From Chthoniobacteraceae bacterium (GTDB lineage Bacteria; Verrucomicrobiota; Verrucomicrobiia; Chthoniobacterales; Chthoniobacteraceae), in the NCBI GenBank assembly GCA_037190965.1, contig JBBCKI010000067.1, positions 1-34,359 of the forward strand: a stretch of 34,359 bases of DNA. Reading direction: 5' to 3'. The notes beneath the pieces are model-generated. The model was not told the DNA's origin. It was given only the letters and a program-made list of their open reading frames with translations, and searched no databases. Of this stretch, positions 1-10,031 are shown piece after piece. The first letter of the stretch is position 1, and each line of letters starts with the position of its first letter. The position numbers were made by a program, and so were the translations under genes.

Positions 1-75
1 CGAACACGGAAGTGAAACGCTGCAGCCCCGATGGTAGTGCATCTATAGGGTGTGCGAGAGTAGGACGTCGCCAGT
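1..75 (+). rRNA. rrf: 5S rRNA, 3' portion (truncated at window start)
   Basis: CGAACACGGAAGTGAA...CCGATGGTAGT...GAGAGTAGGACGTCGCCAG matches the conserved 3' two-thirds of bacterial 5S rRNA (CGAAC loop, GATGGTAGT, GAGAGTAG); followed directly by a terminator. Exact 3' end approximate. Confidence 0.93.
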
Positions 76-80
76 CTTTT

Positions 81-123
81 GAGCCTCACTTAGGTTAACG
101 CCTCAGTGAGGCTCTTTCTTTTT
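81..123 (+). terminator. Rho-independent terminator of the rRNA operon
   Basis: Stem GAGCCTCACT (81-90) pairs with AGTGAGGCTC (105-114), with an inner AGG/CCT pair, followed by TTTCTTTTT. Confidence 0.88.
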
Positions 124-372
124 CTGGCTCACTCGCCCTGATGTCTTGGAGTTAGTTCAAGATCCAACGCCAAAAGATTGATCGGGGTGCTGGGCCTGCG
201 GCTTCTTTGCCTTTTCTGCTCTCGATTCGCTTCAATGCGGGCGATTTGCCGACCCATTGGGATCCAGCTCGTGCTGCGGGCGTTGCGGCGGTTGGACCTC
301 CGAAGCCGTAATCACCCTTGGATCCGGCTGCTTTGTGAATCTTGGTACACCGCATCCGGGTGCGGTAGCACC

Positions 373-530
373 GGAAGCACGCTCGCGCCGTCGAGCGCGG
401 GTATTAGCTCCCGTGGCTTTTTGAAGGTGGCATCCCAATATCAGCGCCCCCTGTTTAGCCTATCCTCCGGGGATGGGTGTCAAACGCGACTTTTCGTCGA
501 TCCCGCGCTCGACGGCGCGAGCGGGCTACC
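373..530. repeat. REP doublet (REPIN-like), copy 1
   Basis: 29-bp terminal inverted repeats GGAAGCACGCTCGCGCCGTCGAGCGCGGG (373-401) and CCCGCGCTCGACGGCGCGAGCGGGCTACC (502-530). Each arm is GTAG (or variant) plus a short palindrome. Related copies lie at 9872-9992 and 10145-10285. Confidence 0.8.
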
Positions 531-598
531 TTGGCTCTCTCCGCTGAAAAGAAAAGAACCCGGCGTTCGAAGCGGCTTTTCAGTGTTGACCGCTCTCT

Positions 599-1414
599 CT
601 AATGAAACGGTGACAGATAAACGCGCATCAAATTCACTCGGCCTTCGTTGAAATACCACCGTTTTTCCAATTCGAAGTAACGTTCCTGGGAGTGCCAGAC
701 CATCCAGGACGAGATAAAGGGATAATTCGGGTCGTAGAGCAGAAACTTGACGTCCCCATTCGCGAGGGGTTCGTAATCGTAAAGCACCACGCAATGGTTC
801 ATGTGCGGAAATCGCGTGAGGTAAACTGCCTGCAACTCCTCTCGATCGATCGCTTTGATGAGCCGACGCGCCGCCAGAGCTTGTCCGACCCGGGGGTGCG
901 GCATCCCCATTCGGTAATTGCCGACGCGGAGATAGCTGAGAAACCACCATCCGATGTTCTCTTGAACAAGGCCCTTATGAGCCTTTGAAAAATCGTGCAG
1001 GTTGGCGTACCCGGGGAAAACGATTTTCTCCCGGTTTGGTGAGAACCAGACTGGAATGCGGTAGAGTTTTTTCAGCCTTTGTCTGTACTCCTCCTGGGAG
1101 AGCGGTGGCGCGTCGGGTTCGAAGCGCGCAAATTTGGCAAACTGCATCACCCCCCGGGAGAGAAGGAAACAGGCATGGGCGAATTCCACTTTCTCGGTGC
1201 GTGTTCGGGACACAATTTTGCCGTTCTCGTCCGGGGCATACTCACGCACGGTGTCGTTGGCAAAAGCGAACGTGTCACGATAGGGATCAAAATGGCGGGC
1301 CCTTACGGGAGTGAACCCCTTGGGGGTCGCGCATCCGGAAAGGAGCGCCAGGATGAAAAGAAAAAGCAGGGAGGTACCCCGCCGATTTCCTACGAAAGCT
1401 TGACCAATGTTCAC
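599..1414 (-). CDS. Putative lipoprotein with papain-like (Cys-His-Asp/Asn) motif pattern
   Basis: C-terminal part of ORF 599..2155. The probable GTG start at 1414 gives a basic then hydrophobic signal with lipobox LLSG-C. Motifs AHACFLL, MNHCVVLY and LLYDPN are present. The upstream part of the ORF is antisense to hpnJ and is not considered coding. Confidence 0.75.
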   Translation of the reverse strand: MNIGQAFVGNRRGTSLLFLFILALLSGCATPKGFTPVRARHFDPYRDTFAFANDTVREYAPDENGKIVSRTRTEKVEFAHACFLLSRGVMQFAKFARFEPDAPPLSQEEYRQRLKKLYRIPVWFSPNREKIVFPGYANLHDFSKAHKGLVQENIGWWFLSYLRVGNYRMGMPHPRVGQALAARRLIKAIDREELQAVYLTRFPHMNHCVVLYDYEPLANGDVKFLLYDPNYPFISSWMVWHSQERYFELEKRWYFNEGRVNLMRVYLSPFH

Positions 1415-1435
1415 CGCCACAGGAAAACCAATGGC

Positions 1436-2860
1436 GTGGATTTCGCCAAGACTCTCTTTCTCAATCCTCCTTCGTGGGAAGGTTTCGATGGTGGCGCGGG
1501 GTCGCGCTATCAGGCCAAGCGCGAGATCCGTTCTTTTTGGTATCCCACCTGGCTCGCTCAGCCGGCTGCTTTGATCCCGGGGAGCCGTCTCATTGACGCG
1601 CCCCCCGATGACTTGACCCGCGAGGATGTCCTCGGCATCGCGCGCGACTACGAGTTGGTCATCCTTCATACCAGCAGCCCCACGCTCCGGGGCGACGCCG
1701 AGTTGGCCGAAGCGCTCAAAAGCCGCAAGCCGGATATCCGGATCGGCTTCGTGGGGGCACATGCCGCCGTTCTCCCCGAGCAGACCCTTGCCGCGAGCGA
1801 GGCGATCGATTTTGTCTGCCGCAAAGAGTTCGACTTCACCTGTCAGGAGATTGCCGCCGGGAAGCCTCTCGACACTGTGGACGGGGTCTCCTTTCGCCGC
1901 GACGGAAAGATTGTCCACACGCCCGAACGAGCCCTGATCCATCAGTTCGACGAGTTGCCAAGCGTGATGGATGTCTACAAACGGGACCTCACCATCGAGA
2001 ATTACGCGATCGGTTACCTCAAGCATCCGTATATATCGCATTACACCGGCCGTGGATGTCCCGCCCAATGCACTTTTTGTCTTTGGCCGCAAACCGTGGG
2101 TGGGCACTCCTACCGGGCCAAGTCGCCGGACGCGGTGGCGCGGGAAATGGAGCATGGCGTGCGCCTCTTCCCTCAGGTGCGGGAATTCTTTTTTGATGAC
2201 GACACTTTCACCGCCTACGCCCCCCGGGCGCGGGAGATCGCGAAACGACTTGGCAAACTCGGGATCACCTGGAGCTGCAACGCTCGCGCCAACGTCAGTT
2301 ACGAGACGCTCAAGACGATGCGCGACAACGGGTTACGTCTCCTTCTGGTGGGTTATGAGAGCGGCAACCAGCAAATTCTCGACAACATCAAGAAGGGAGT
2401 CCGGCTGGAGCAGGCCCGGGAGTTCACCAAGAATTGCAAGAAGCTCGGCATCGCCATTCACGGCACGTTCATCCTTGGGCTCCCGGGGGAGACGCACACG
2501 ACCATTCGCGAAACCATTGAGTACGCCAAAGAGATCGACCCGTTTTCGCTCCAGGTCAGCCTCGCCGCACCCTACCCCGGCACGGAATTGTACCGGCAGG
2601 CAATGGAGAACGGCTGGTTCAGCGACGAGGTGACTCTTACCGGTGGGAACGGGCAGCAAACCGCCGCGCTGGAGTATGAGGGGCTTAGCCGGGAGGAGAT
2701 TTTCAAGTATGTGGAGAAGTTCTACAAAACATTCTACTTCCGCCCGAAGCCGATTGCACGGATGTTGGGAGAGATGATTCAGGACAGACAGGTAATGGCG
2801 CGGCGACTTCGGGAGGGGATGGAGTTTTTCCAGTTTTTCCGGACTCGCAACGCCGTATAG
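1436..2860 (+). CDS. hpnJ: Hopanoid biosynthesis-associated radical SAM protein HpnJ
   Basis: N-terminus KTLFLNPPSWEGFDGGAGSRYQAKREIRSFWYPTWLAQPAA is the characteristic HpnJ start; radical SAM motif CPAQCTFC; FFDDDTF and VGYESG motifs. GTG start at 1436 preceded by AGGAAA. Confidence 0.9.
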   Translation: MDFAKTLFLNPPSWEGFDGGAGSRYQAKREIRSFWYPTWLAQPAALIPGSRLIDAPPDDLTREDVLGIARDYELVILHTSSPTLRGDAELAEALKSRKPDIRIGFVGAHAAVLPEQTLAASEAIDFVCRKEFDFTCQEIAAGKPLDTVDGVSFRRDGKIVHTPERALIHQFDELPSVMDVYKRDLTIENYAIGYLKHPYISHYTGRGCPAQCTFCLWPQTVGGHSYRAKSPDAVAREMEHGVRLFPQVREFFFDDDTFTAYAPRAREIAKRLGKLGITWSCNARANVSYETLKTMRDNGLRLLLVGYESGNQQILDNIKKGVRLEQAREFTKNCKKLGIAIHGTFILGLPGETHTTIRETIEYAKEIDPFSLQVSLAAPYPGTELYRQAMENGWFSDEVTLTGGNGQQTAALEYEGLSREEIFKYVEKFYKTFYFRPKPIARMLGEMIQDRQVMARRLREGMEFFQFFRTRNAV

Positions 2861-2901
2861 TTACGCGTAGCCGCCCGATTCTCTGCTGATTGCTTTTCGT
2901 C

Positions 2902-3195
2902 ATGTCGAACGCCACCCCGGACCCCAAATCCCCTAAAACCCTTGCGGCCCTTGAAGCCGAACTTGCCGACATCATTCGGGAGCGTCTGCTTGACCTTCCT
3001 GCGGCATTTGACCCGGGTACGAATCTTTACGAGGCGGGGCTCGATTCCATGGGGATCATGCAACTGCTTCTCGCCATCGAAGACCGCTTCGGCATTTTGC
3101 TGCCGGAGGCTGATGTTTCGCGGAAAAACTTCTGCAACGTAACGAATCTTTCGGCCTTATTGCGGGAGCGGCTTCAAAACGGGTGTCATGATTGA
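2902..3195 (+). CDS. Acyl/peptidyl carrier protein
   Basis: About 97 aa, acidic, with phosphopantetheine-site motif GLDSMGIMQL and AIEDRFGI; overlaps the next gene by 8 bp. Confidence 0.88.
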   Translation: MSNATPDPKSPKTLAALEAELADIIRERLLDLPAAFDPGTNLYEAGLDSMGIMQLLLAIEDRFGILLPEADVSRKNFCNVTNLSALLRERLQNGCHD

Positions 3196-4471
3196 CGAAA
3201 ATCGGTGCGATGTGGTGATCGCCGGAGGTGGCAGCGCGGGGATTGCCGCCGCCGTGGCCGCCGCGCGTGCGGGAGCTCGCACTGTGCTGCTGGAACGCCA
3301 TGGCGCTCTTGGCGGCATGGCCACCGCTTCGCTCGTCCATTCCATCTGCGGGCTTTATCTATTGCGCGAGGAGCCGGATGCCGTTCTTGCTCATCGCGGT
3401 TTTCCGGCCGAATTCGCAGCGCGATTGATGGCTCACGAGACCGCGCGAGGAGGAGCCTGCGGCCCGGCCAGGATGGGCCGCGTGGACGTGCTTCTCCAAC
3501 AACCGGCGGCGTTTGCCCGGGAAGCCGATCTCGTGACCGCCGCCGAGCCGAATTTGGAGGTGCGGTTTCATACCGAGTTGATTGGGGTTGAGGCGGACGG
3601 GAGCACGGTCTCTTCCGTGGAACTCATTTGCCGTGGCCGCCGCGAACGGCTCTTGGCCGGGGCGTTTGTGGATACGACCGGGGATGCCACCCTGGCATGG
3701 ATGGCCGGAGCGCAGTGCGAACAGGCGGAAGTGCTCCAGCGGCCCGCGTATATTTTTTCCATGGGCGGCGCGGACACCACCGCGCTTGGGGGCGATGGCC
3801 GGTTGCGGGTTGCGCAGAGGTTGGTTGCCGCCGTTCGCGAGGGGGGGCTTCCGCCCGGAGTACTCGGCGCACAGCTTCGGCCCACGGGCCGCCCGGGGGA
3901 AGTTTTCGTCACGCTCGATCTCGATGATTCTGCCGGGGAGCCTTTCGACCCAACCTCCCCCCGCGCGCTTGCGGCGATGGAACGTTACGGGCGTGAACTT
4001 GCCGACACCCTGTCCCGCTTTCTCGCCGCGAACGTTTCCGGTTTCGGGGGAGCTTTTATCGCGGCGCTCCCGGCCCGCGTGGGAATTCGCGAGAGCCGCC
4101 GTGTGGTTGGCGAAGCGCGCCTTGAAGCCGAGGACATTCTGCGCGGAGCGACCTTCCCCGATGCGGTGGCCCTTTCGACATGGCCTATTGAAATGCGCGA
4201 ACGGGCCACGGGGCCGCGCCTTCGGTTTCCGGAAGGGAATCGCCCCTGCGAGGTGCCGCTCGGGGCATTGAGGGCGCGCGGGTTTGCCAATCTTTTTACG
4301 GCGGGCCGTTGCCTCTCCAGCAGCCACGAGGCCCAAGCCGCCCTGCGGGTGATCGGCACTTGCCTGGCCACCGGCGAATCCGCCGGGCTTGCTGCAGCTT
4401 TTGTCTCGGCGGGTACGGAACCGGCTGCATCCATGATTTGCGCCAAGCGCGAAGCAATCATTCGCCAATGA
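3188..4471 (+). CDS. FAD-dependent oxidoreductase (FAD_oxidored-like family)
   Basis: Rossmann motif DVVIAGGGSAG, LLERHGALGGMAT, FVDTTGDA, GIRESRRVVG, NLFTAGRCLS, ALRVIGTCLATGESAG; ATGA overlap with the downstream ligase. Confidence 0.88.
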   Translation: MIDENRCDVVIAGGGSAGIAAAVAAARAGARTVLLERHGALGGMATASLVHSICGLYLLREEPDAVLAHRGFPAEFAARLMAHETARGGACGPARMGRVDVLLQQPAAFAREADLVTAAEPNLEVRFHTELIGVEADGSTVSSVELICRGRRERLLAGAFVDTTGDATLAWMAGAQCEQAEVLQRPAYIFSMGGADTTALGGDGRLRVAQRLVAAVREGGLPPGVLGAQLRPTGRPGEVFVTLDLDDSAGEPFDPTSPRALAAMERYGRELADTLSRFLAANVSGFGGAFIAALPARVGIRESRRVVGEARLEAEDILRGATFPDAVALSTWPIEMRERATGPRLRFPEGNRPCEVPLGALRARGFANLFTAGRCLSSSHEAQAALRVIGTCLATGESAGLAAAFVSAGTEPAASMICAKREAIIRQ

Positions 4472-5943
4472 ATATCGTCGACGAGGTTTTTCAGCGGGCT
4501 GATCGTAAAGCCGTGGCCCTGATCGCGGGTGAGCGGACTCTGACCTTTGGCGAACTGGAGTCCGCCATGGAGGCGGCTGCCGGGCAACTTATCGCGGCGG
4601 GGCTCCCGCGCCGTGAACCGGGTCGCGTTCCCCGGATCGGCCTTGCCTGCCCCAACAGCGTGGAGCATGTCATCCTCGCGCTGGCGGTGCTTAGCTCGGG
4701 CGGGTGCCTGGTGCCGGTGGCGGGCGAATTGGCTGCGCCCGAGCGTGAGGCGGTGCTGCGGACGGTCGGCGTCGATGCCTTGATTTTGAGCGACAAATTG
4801 CCCTGGCCGGAACGACATCACTCCTGCAACCGGGCGGTGCATCTCCCGGGGCTTTGCGCCACGCTTTTTCCCGATGTTCGTGGGGAAAGCCGGAGCGATG
4901 ACGAGCCCCTTCGGTTTGACGAGGGCGAATTGGCCCGCGTCGATCCCGCTTTCATTCGCTTTAGTTCCGGTACCACGGGCGAGGCGAAAGGGGTGGTGCT
5001 TTCGCATGCCACGCTCTTTGCGCGGGTGGAATCGGCGAATCGCCGTCTAGGCATCGGCCCGGAAGATCGCGTGGTCTGGATTCTGTCGATGGCACACCAT
5101 TTCGCCGTTTCCATCATGCTCTATCTTCTCAAGGGAGCGGCCACGGTCATCGTTCCGAGTCATCTTGCCGAAGATGTGCTCGGCGACGGCATCCGGCACC
5201 ACGGCACCGTGCTCTACGGCTCGCCATTCCATCATGCCCTTCTTGCGGCGGAGCCTTCGGGCCGACCCTGGCCGGGCTTGCGGCTGGCGGTTTCGACCGC
5301 CGCGCCGCTGCCGCTGGCTACCGCCGAGGCCTTCGATCGCCGCTTTGGAACTCCGCTTTCGCAGGGCCTTGGCCTTATCGAAGCGGGGATGCCGTTTCTC
5401 AATACCACGGCCTCCCGGGAGAAACCCGGCTCCGTCGGTCGCCCCTCCGGCGATGCCACCGCGGAGCTTCGGGACGTCGAGACCGGCCTGCCGGTGGGGC
5501 CCTGTGAAACCGGGGAGCTTTATCTGCGGTGTGAAGGGATGCTCGATGCTTACCTGAGTCCGTGGCGGCGGCGTGAGGCCATTCTGGCTCCAGGCGGTTG
5601 GTTTCGCACGGGAGATCTCGCGCGCTTCGACGCGGATGGGGATCTTCATCTCATGGGTCGGGTGAAGACGGTGATCAACGTCGCCGGGATGAAATGTTTT
5701 CCTGAGGAAGTCGAGATCGTTCTCCAGGGATGCCCCGGGGTAAGCGCCGTCAAAGTGCATGGCCGGGAGCACCCCCGTTTTGGAAGCGTCCCGGTGGCCG
5801 AGATCGTTCCTGCGGGCGATCCTCCCGCCATTTCGGGGCTGATCGCCGCTTGTCGCGGGGCATTGGCGGCCTATAAGATCCCGGTCGATTTCAAATTCGT
5901 CCGCGAGCTTCCCCGCACGGCAAGCGGCAAGATTCGGCGGTAG
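4468..5943 (+). CDS. AMP-binding (ANL superfamily) acyl-CoA/acyl-ACP ligase
   Basis: A3 motif FSSGTTGEAKG, GLGLIE, FRTGDL, GRVKTVINVAG and terminal PRTASGK; ATG at 4468 overlaps the upstream stop codon (ATGA). Confidence 0.9.
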   Translation: MNIVDEVFQRADRKAVALIAGERTLTFGELESAMEAAAGQLIAAGLPRREPGRVPRIGLACPNSVEHVILALAVLSSGGCLVPVAGELAAPEREAVLRTVGVDALILSDKLPWPERHHSCNRAVHLPGLCATLFPDVRGESRSDDEPLRFDEGELARVDPAFIRFSSGTTGEAKGVVLSHATLFARVESANRRLGIGPEDRVVWILSMAHHFAVSIMLYLLKGAATVIVPSHLAEDVLGDGIRHHGTVLYGSPFHHALLAAEPSGRPWPGLRLAVSTAAPLPLATAEAFDRRFGTPLSQGLGLIEAGMPFLNTTASREKPGSVGRPSGDATAELRDVETGLPVGPCETGELYLRCEGMLDAYLSPWRRREAILAPGGWFRTGDLARFDADGDLHLMGRVKTVINVAGMKCFPEEVEIVLQGCPGVSAVKVHGREHPRFGSVPVAEIVPAGDPPAISGLIAACRGALAAYKIPVDFKFVRELPRTASGKIRR

Positions 5944-5946
5944 TTG

Positions 5947-6357
5947 CTACGGCTCTCTGGCAGAAGCGGACCCTTTGAGATATCGGACAACCTCTCCGGC
6001 AGCGTCACCGCCTTTTTCGGCATGGGCAATCAGTGAAATTCCGTGGGGGCCTGCGGCAGTGAGTGCCCCCGGTTGGAAAGCGGCAATAGCTTGAACTATG
6101 TTTAGCTTGCCCAGCATCGCCGCTGCAAAAATATCGAGGCGCGCGCCGTGTTCCAGAAGGTGAAGAGCGATATCCGCTCTGCCCATGTGCGCGGCTGCAC
6201 CGAGCGCAGTCTCCCAATCGCCTCCACCCCAATCCCAAGCGGCATTGAGCAGGGCGGGTTCGAGTTGAAGGAGATCCCTGACACGTTGAAAATCGCCGTG
6301 CGCAGCGCCAACGAATTCGCAAACGAGTTCAGGTGGGAGTTGGGGCTTCTTGTCCAT
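5947..6357 (-). CDS. Small ankyrin-repeat-like protein
   Basis: 136 aa; ETALGAAAHMGRADIALHLLEHGA resembles the ankyrin consensus; ATG start preceded by an AAGGA-like site. Confidence 0.75.
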   Translation of the reverse strand: MDKKPQLPPELVCEFVGAAHGDFQRVRDLLQLEPALLNAAWDWGGGDWETALGAAAHMGRADIALHLLEHGARLDIFAAAMLGKLNIVQAIAAFQPGALTAAGPHGISLIAHAEKGGDAAGEVVRYLKGSASAREP

Positions 6358-6573
6358 GGGTATAAAATCCTTTCCCTTAAGAGGGTGCCTGCAAATGATT
6401 TTTTAATGAGCTGTATTGAGATGGATAACGCAAGGCGATTTTCTGAAACCAACATGGGGGTGTAGGGACGGAAAAGTTACCAATTCCAAAAGTTTGGTGG
6501 ATCAACATTCTCATGTTGTCTGGGCCACCGGTGCCGCCGCCCATTCGTTGTGCCGGGGAACCGCTGAGTTGCC

Positions 6574-6602
6574 TTGCCTCGCCCTTGTCGTTCCTTTATC
6601 CT
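6574..6602 (+). promoter_or_regulatory. Candidate sigma70 promoter for the 6633 gene
   Basis: TTGCCT-N17-TATCCT about 30 bp upstream of the ATG. Confidence 0.4.
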
Positions 6603-6632
6603 CGGCTGCGCGATCGTCATCTCCACTTCCCG

Positions 6633-7547
6633 ATGCAAATCCAGAACGTCTCCTACGAGGGCTGGCACAACAATCTTGTGCTGAGCAATGAACACGCAGA
6701 GCTTGTCATCACCCTCGACGTGGGGCCCCGAATCATCTCATATCGGACGCCGCGCGGCTTCAACGTCTTGAAAAACTACCCGGAGCAGATGGGCTCCAGC
6801 GGCGAGTCCGAATGGAAGATCCGGGGCGGCCATCGCCTCTGGATCGCGCCGGAGGGGGAGATAAGCTACGCGCTCGACAATTCGCCTGTTAAGTATGAGG
6901 TGGCCGGTAACGGCGTCCGCATCGAGAACGATTCTGCCGCGCCTTGGGGGATCCGCAAAATTCTCACCATTTCGCTGGCCGAAGATTCCTCCGAAGTCAC
7001 CGTGCATCACAAAGCCGTGAACGAAAGCGATCATCCGGTGGAAATCGCCACCTGGGCATTGACGGTCATGGCTCCCGGTGGACTGGAAATCATCCCGGTT
7101 CCCCCGCTGGGCGAGCATCCCCGCGATCTTCTTCCCAACCGGGTGATTGTTCCGTGGCCTTATACCGACCTGACCGATCCACGGCTCCGTTTGGGCTGGA
7201 AGTTCATCACCCTCCGGCAGACCAGCGATGGTCTTCCGACAAAGCTTGGTCTCGCCCATCGGGAAAAATGGGTAGCCTACCTGAATAAAGACGCGCTGTT
7301 TGTCAAAACTTTCGAATACATCGACGGCGAGACTTATCCCGACTTTGGTTGCAACTTCGAGACCTACACCGACGCGAACATGCTCGAGGTCGAATCGCTC
7401 AGCCCGCTTCGGAAGCTGAACCCGGGGGAATCGGTCGAGCATGTCGAACGGTGGGCGCTTCTCGGCGACACCCCTCAACCTTCCTCCCTGCAAGAGCAGG
7501 ACCTCGCAGCATGGATTGAGCCGCTGCTTGCGAAGCTTCGTATCTGA
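6633..7547 (+). CDS. Conserved hypothetical protein, probable galactose-mutarotase/aldose-epimerase-like beta-sandwich (DUF4380-like)
   Basis: 304 aa from ATG 6633; pattern LVITLDVGPRII...GGHRLWIAPE...LEVESLSPL...VEHVERW; coding-like codon usage. The fold assignment is from memory of family motifs. Confidence 0.65.
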   Translation: MQIQNVSYEGWHNNLVLSNEHAELVITLDVGPRIISYRTPRGFNVLKNYPEQMGSSGESEWKIRGGHRLWIAPEGEISYALDNSPVKYEVAGNGVRIENDSAAPWGIRKILTISLAEDSSEVTVHHKAVNESDHPVEIATWALTVMAPGGLEIIPVPPLGEHPRDLLPNRVIVPWPYTDLTDPRLRLGWKFITLRQTSDGLPTKLGLAHREKWVAYLNKDALFVKTFEYIDGETYPDFGCNFETYTDANMLEVESLSPLRKLNPGESVEHVERWALLGDTPQPSSLQEQDLAAWIEPLLAKLRI

Positions 7548-7558
7548 GGGCCGCTCTT

Positions 7559-8035
7559 ATGAAAAACCTTCTCCTCCCCGTGGTTGGATGCACTGCCATG
7601 CTTTTGCTGGCAGGCTGTCAAACGACTGGCCAGATCGAGGCGGCCGCTCGGGCAAAAATGTTCGAGTCGATCCAGAATGAACCCCCGGGTAATTACTACG
7701 TGGGGCGGCGGTACTACAAAACCGAGTACAAATTCTGGGGCTACGTCCGCAAACCGCGCGAGCCGTGGGCCAACGCCCAGATGGTCATGATGAACGAGAA
7801 CATCAAACTCGCTCCTGATCGCGAGGGCGGCACGCTCGGCTCGGACAACGGCTACGAGTATAAACTCGTCGGTTCATTCTCCGGCGACAAGGTTTACGAA
7901 CCCGCCAGCAACGGCATTTATCCCGAGTTTGTGCTGACCGGGTATGAAGTTCAATCGACCAATCCCGCGCCTATCTTTCAAAACCCAGGCGCGGCGCTGG
8001 AGCCCACGCGCAGGGTGATTCTGAAGCCGTTCTGA
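7559..8035 (+). CDS. Hypothetical lipoprotein
   Basis: 158 aa; signal MKNLLLPVVGCTAMLLLAG-C with lipobox; starts 11 bp after the upstream gene, so probably co-transcribed. Confidence 0.75.
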   Translation: MKNLLLPVVGCTAMLLLAGCQTTGQIEAAARAKMFESIQNEPPGNYYVGRRYYKTEYKFWGYVRKPREPWANAQMVMMNENIKLAPDREGGTLGSDNGYEYKLVGSFSGDKVYEPASNGIYPEFVLTGYEVQSTNPAPIFQNPGAALEPTRRVILKPF

Positions 8036-8069
8036 TCCTCGCGGCGCGTATTGCGCCGCAGAAACAAAT

Positions 8070-8114
8070 ACAAAGAGCGCGGCTCCGTTCCCGGGGCCGC
8101 GCTCTTGTGTTTTT
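8070..8114. terminator. Intrinsic terminator, probably bidirectional, between convergent genes
   Basis: AAGAGCGCGGCTCCG-loop-CGGGGCCGCGCTCTT, with a T-rich tract on the right and an A-rich tract on the left. Confidence 0.75.
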
Positions 8115-8301
8115 GATTGGAAGGCCGCTTAAACCCGAAAACCGAAGTTGATCGCGGCGATCTGACGCAATTTGCTGGCCGCGAGTGCTTTCGTCGGAGG
8201 CTCACCGTATCTAAAGATACGCCTCGCTCCTCCTCAAGTCATCGCGGCTCAGCCTCTTGCGCCAGCTCATCCGCTCCAATATCGGAGTTCGGATGTTCGG
8301 A

Positions 8302-9672
<1,371 letters not shown>

Positions 9673-9871
9673 CTATTGATTTCTGAAACCCGAGGTGCCT
9701 GACCCCTTTGCAGGGAAGCGGATCGGATAAAAGGTTGAGCCCTCCAGATTCAGACATCGTTTGGAGGAATACGAGCGAAAAATTATCGGAAAAGTGACTT
9801 TTGCGTCCTGTTTTCTCACTTGCTGAAGGTTTTCCGTCCAATTCCAGCCTCCCTGAATCCAGAAGCCAGCC

Positions 9872-9992
9872 GGTGCCCGTGCGGCCGAGCGCGGGTGGGG
9901 CGCACTCTTCTTACCCGAGACCCGTCCTGCGGGGATGAGCGCCAAACGCGACTCGTGAGCCTATCCCGCGCTCTCGGCGAGAGCGGTCTACC
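9872..9992. repeat. REP doublet (REPIN-like), degenerate copy 2
   Basis: Right arm CCCGCGCTCTCGGCGAGAGCGGTCTACC (9965-9992). Internal CCCGTCCTGCGGGGATGAGCGCCAAACGCGACT resembles copy 1 (CCTATCCTCCGGGGATGGGTGTCAAACGCGACT). Left arm eroded (…CCGAGCGCGGG). Confidence 0.65.
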
Positions 9993-10031
9993 TTGCCGAT
10001 TCTCCAAATCGGGCGCTTAACGTGATTCACC

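Noticed and set aside
178..651. 157-aa ORF after the 5S gene and similar short ORFs at 9820-10405 sharing 'GSTGSTLAP'
   Set aside because: The shared peptide is simply translation of the REP doublet; no RBS or coding-like composition.
1415..2155. N-terminal 247 aa of ORF 599..2155 (-) and the N-terminal extension of ORF 1079..2860 (+)
   Set aside because: Each is the antisense shadow of the other real gene; recognisable protein starts are at 1414 (-) and 1436 (+).
3188..4471. Flavin-dependent halogenase interpretation of the FAD protein next to ACP and ligase
   Set aside because: No WxWxIP motif; the motifs fit the FAD_oxidored-type family instead.
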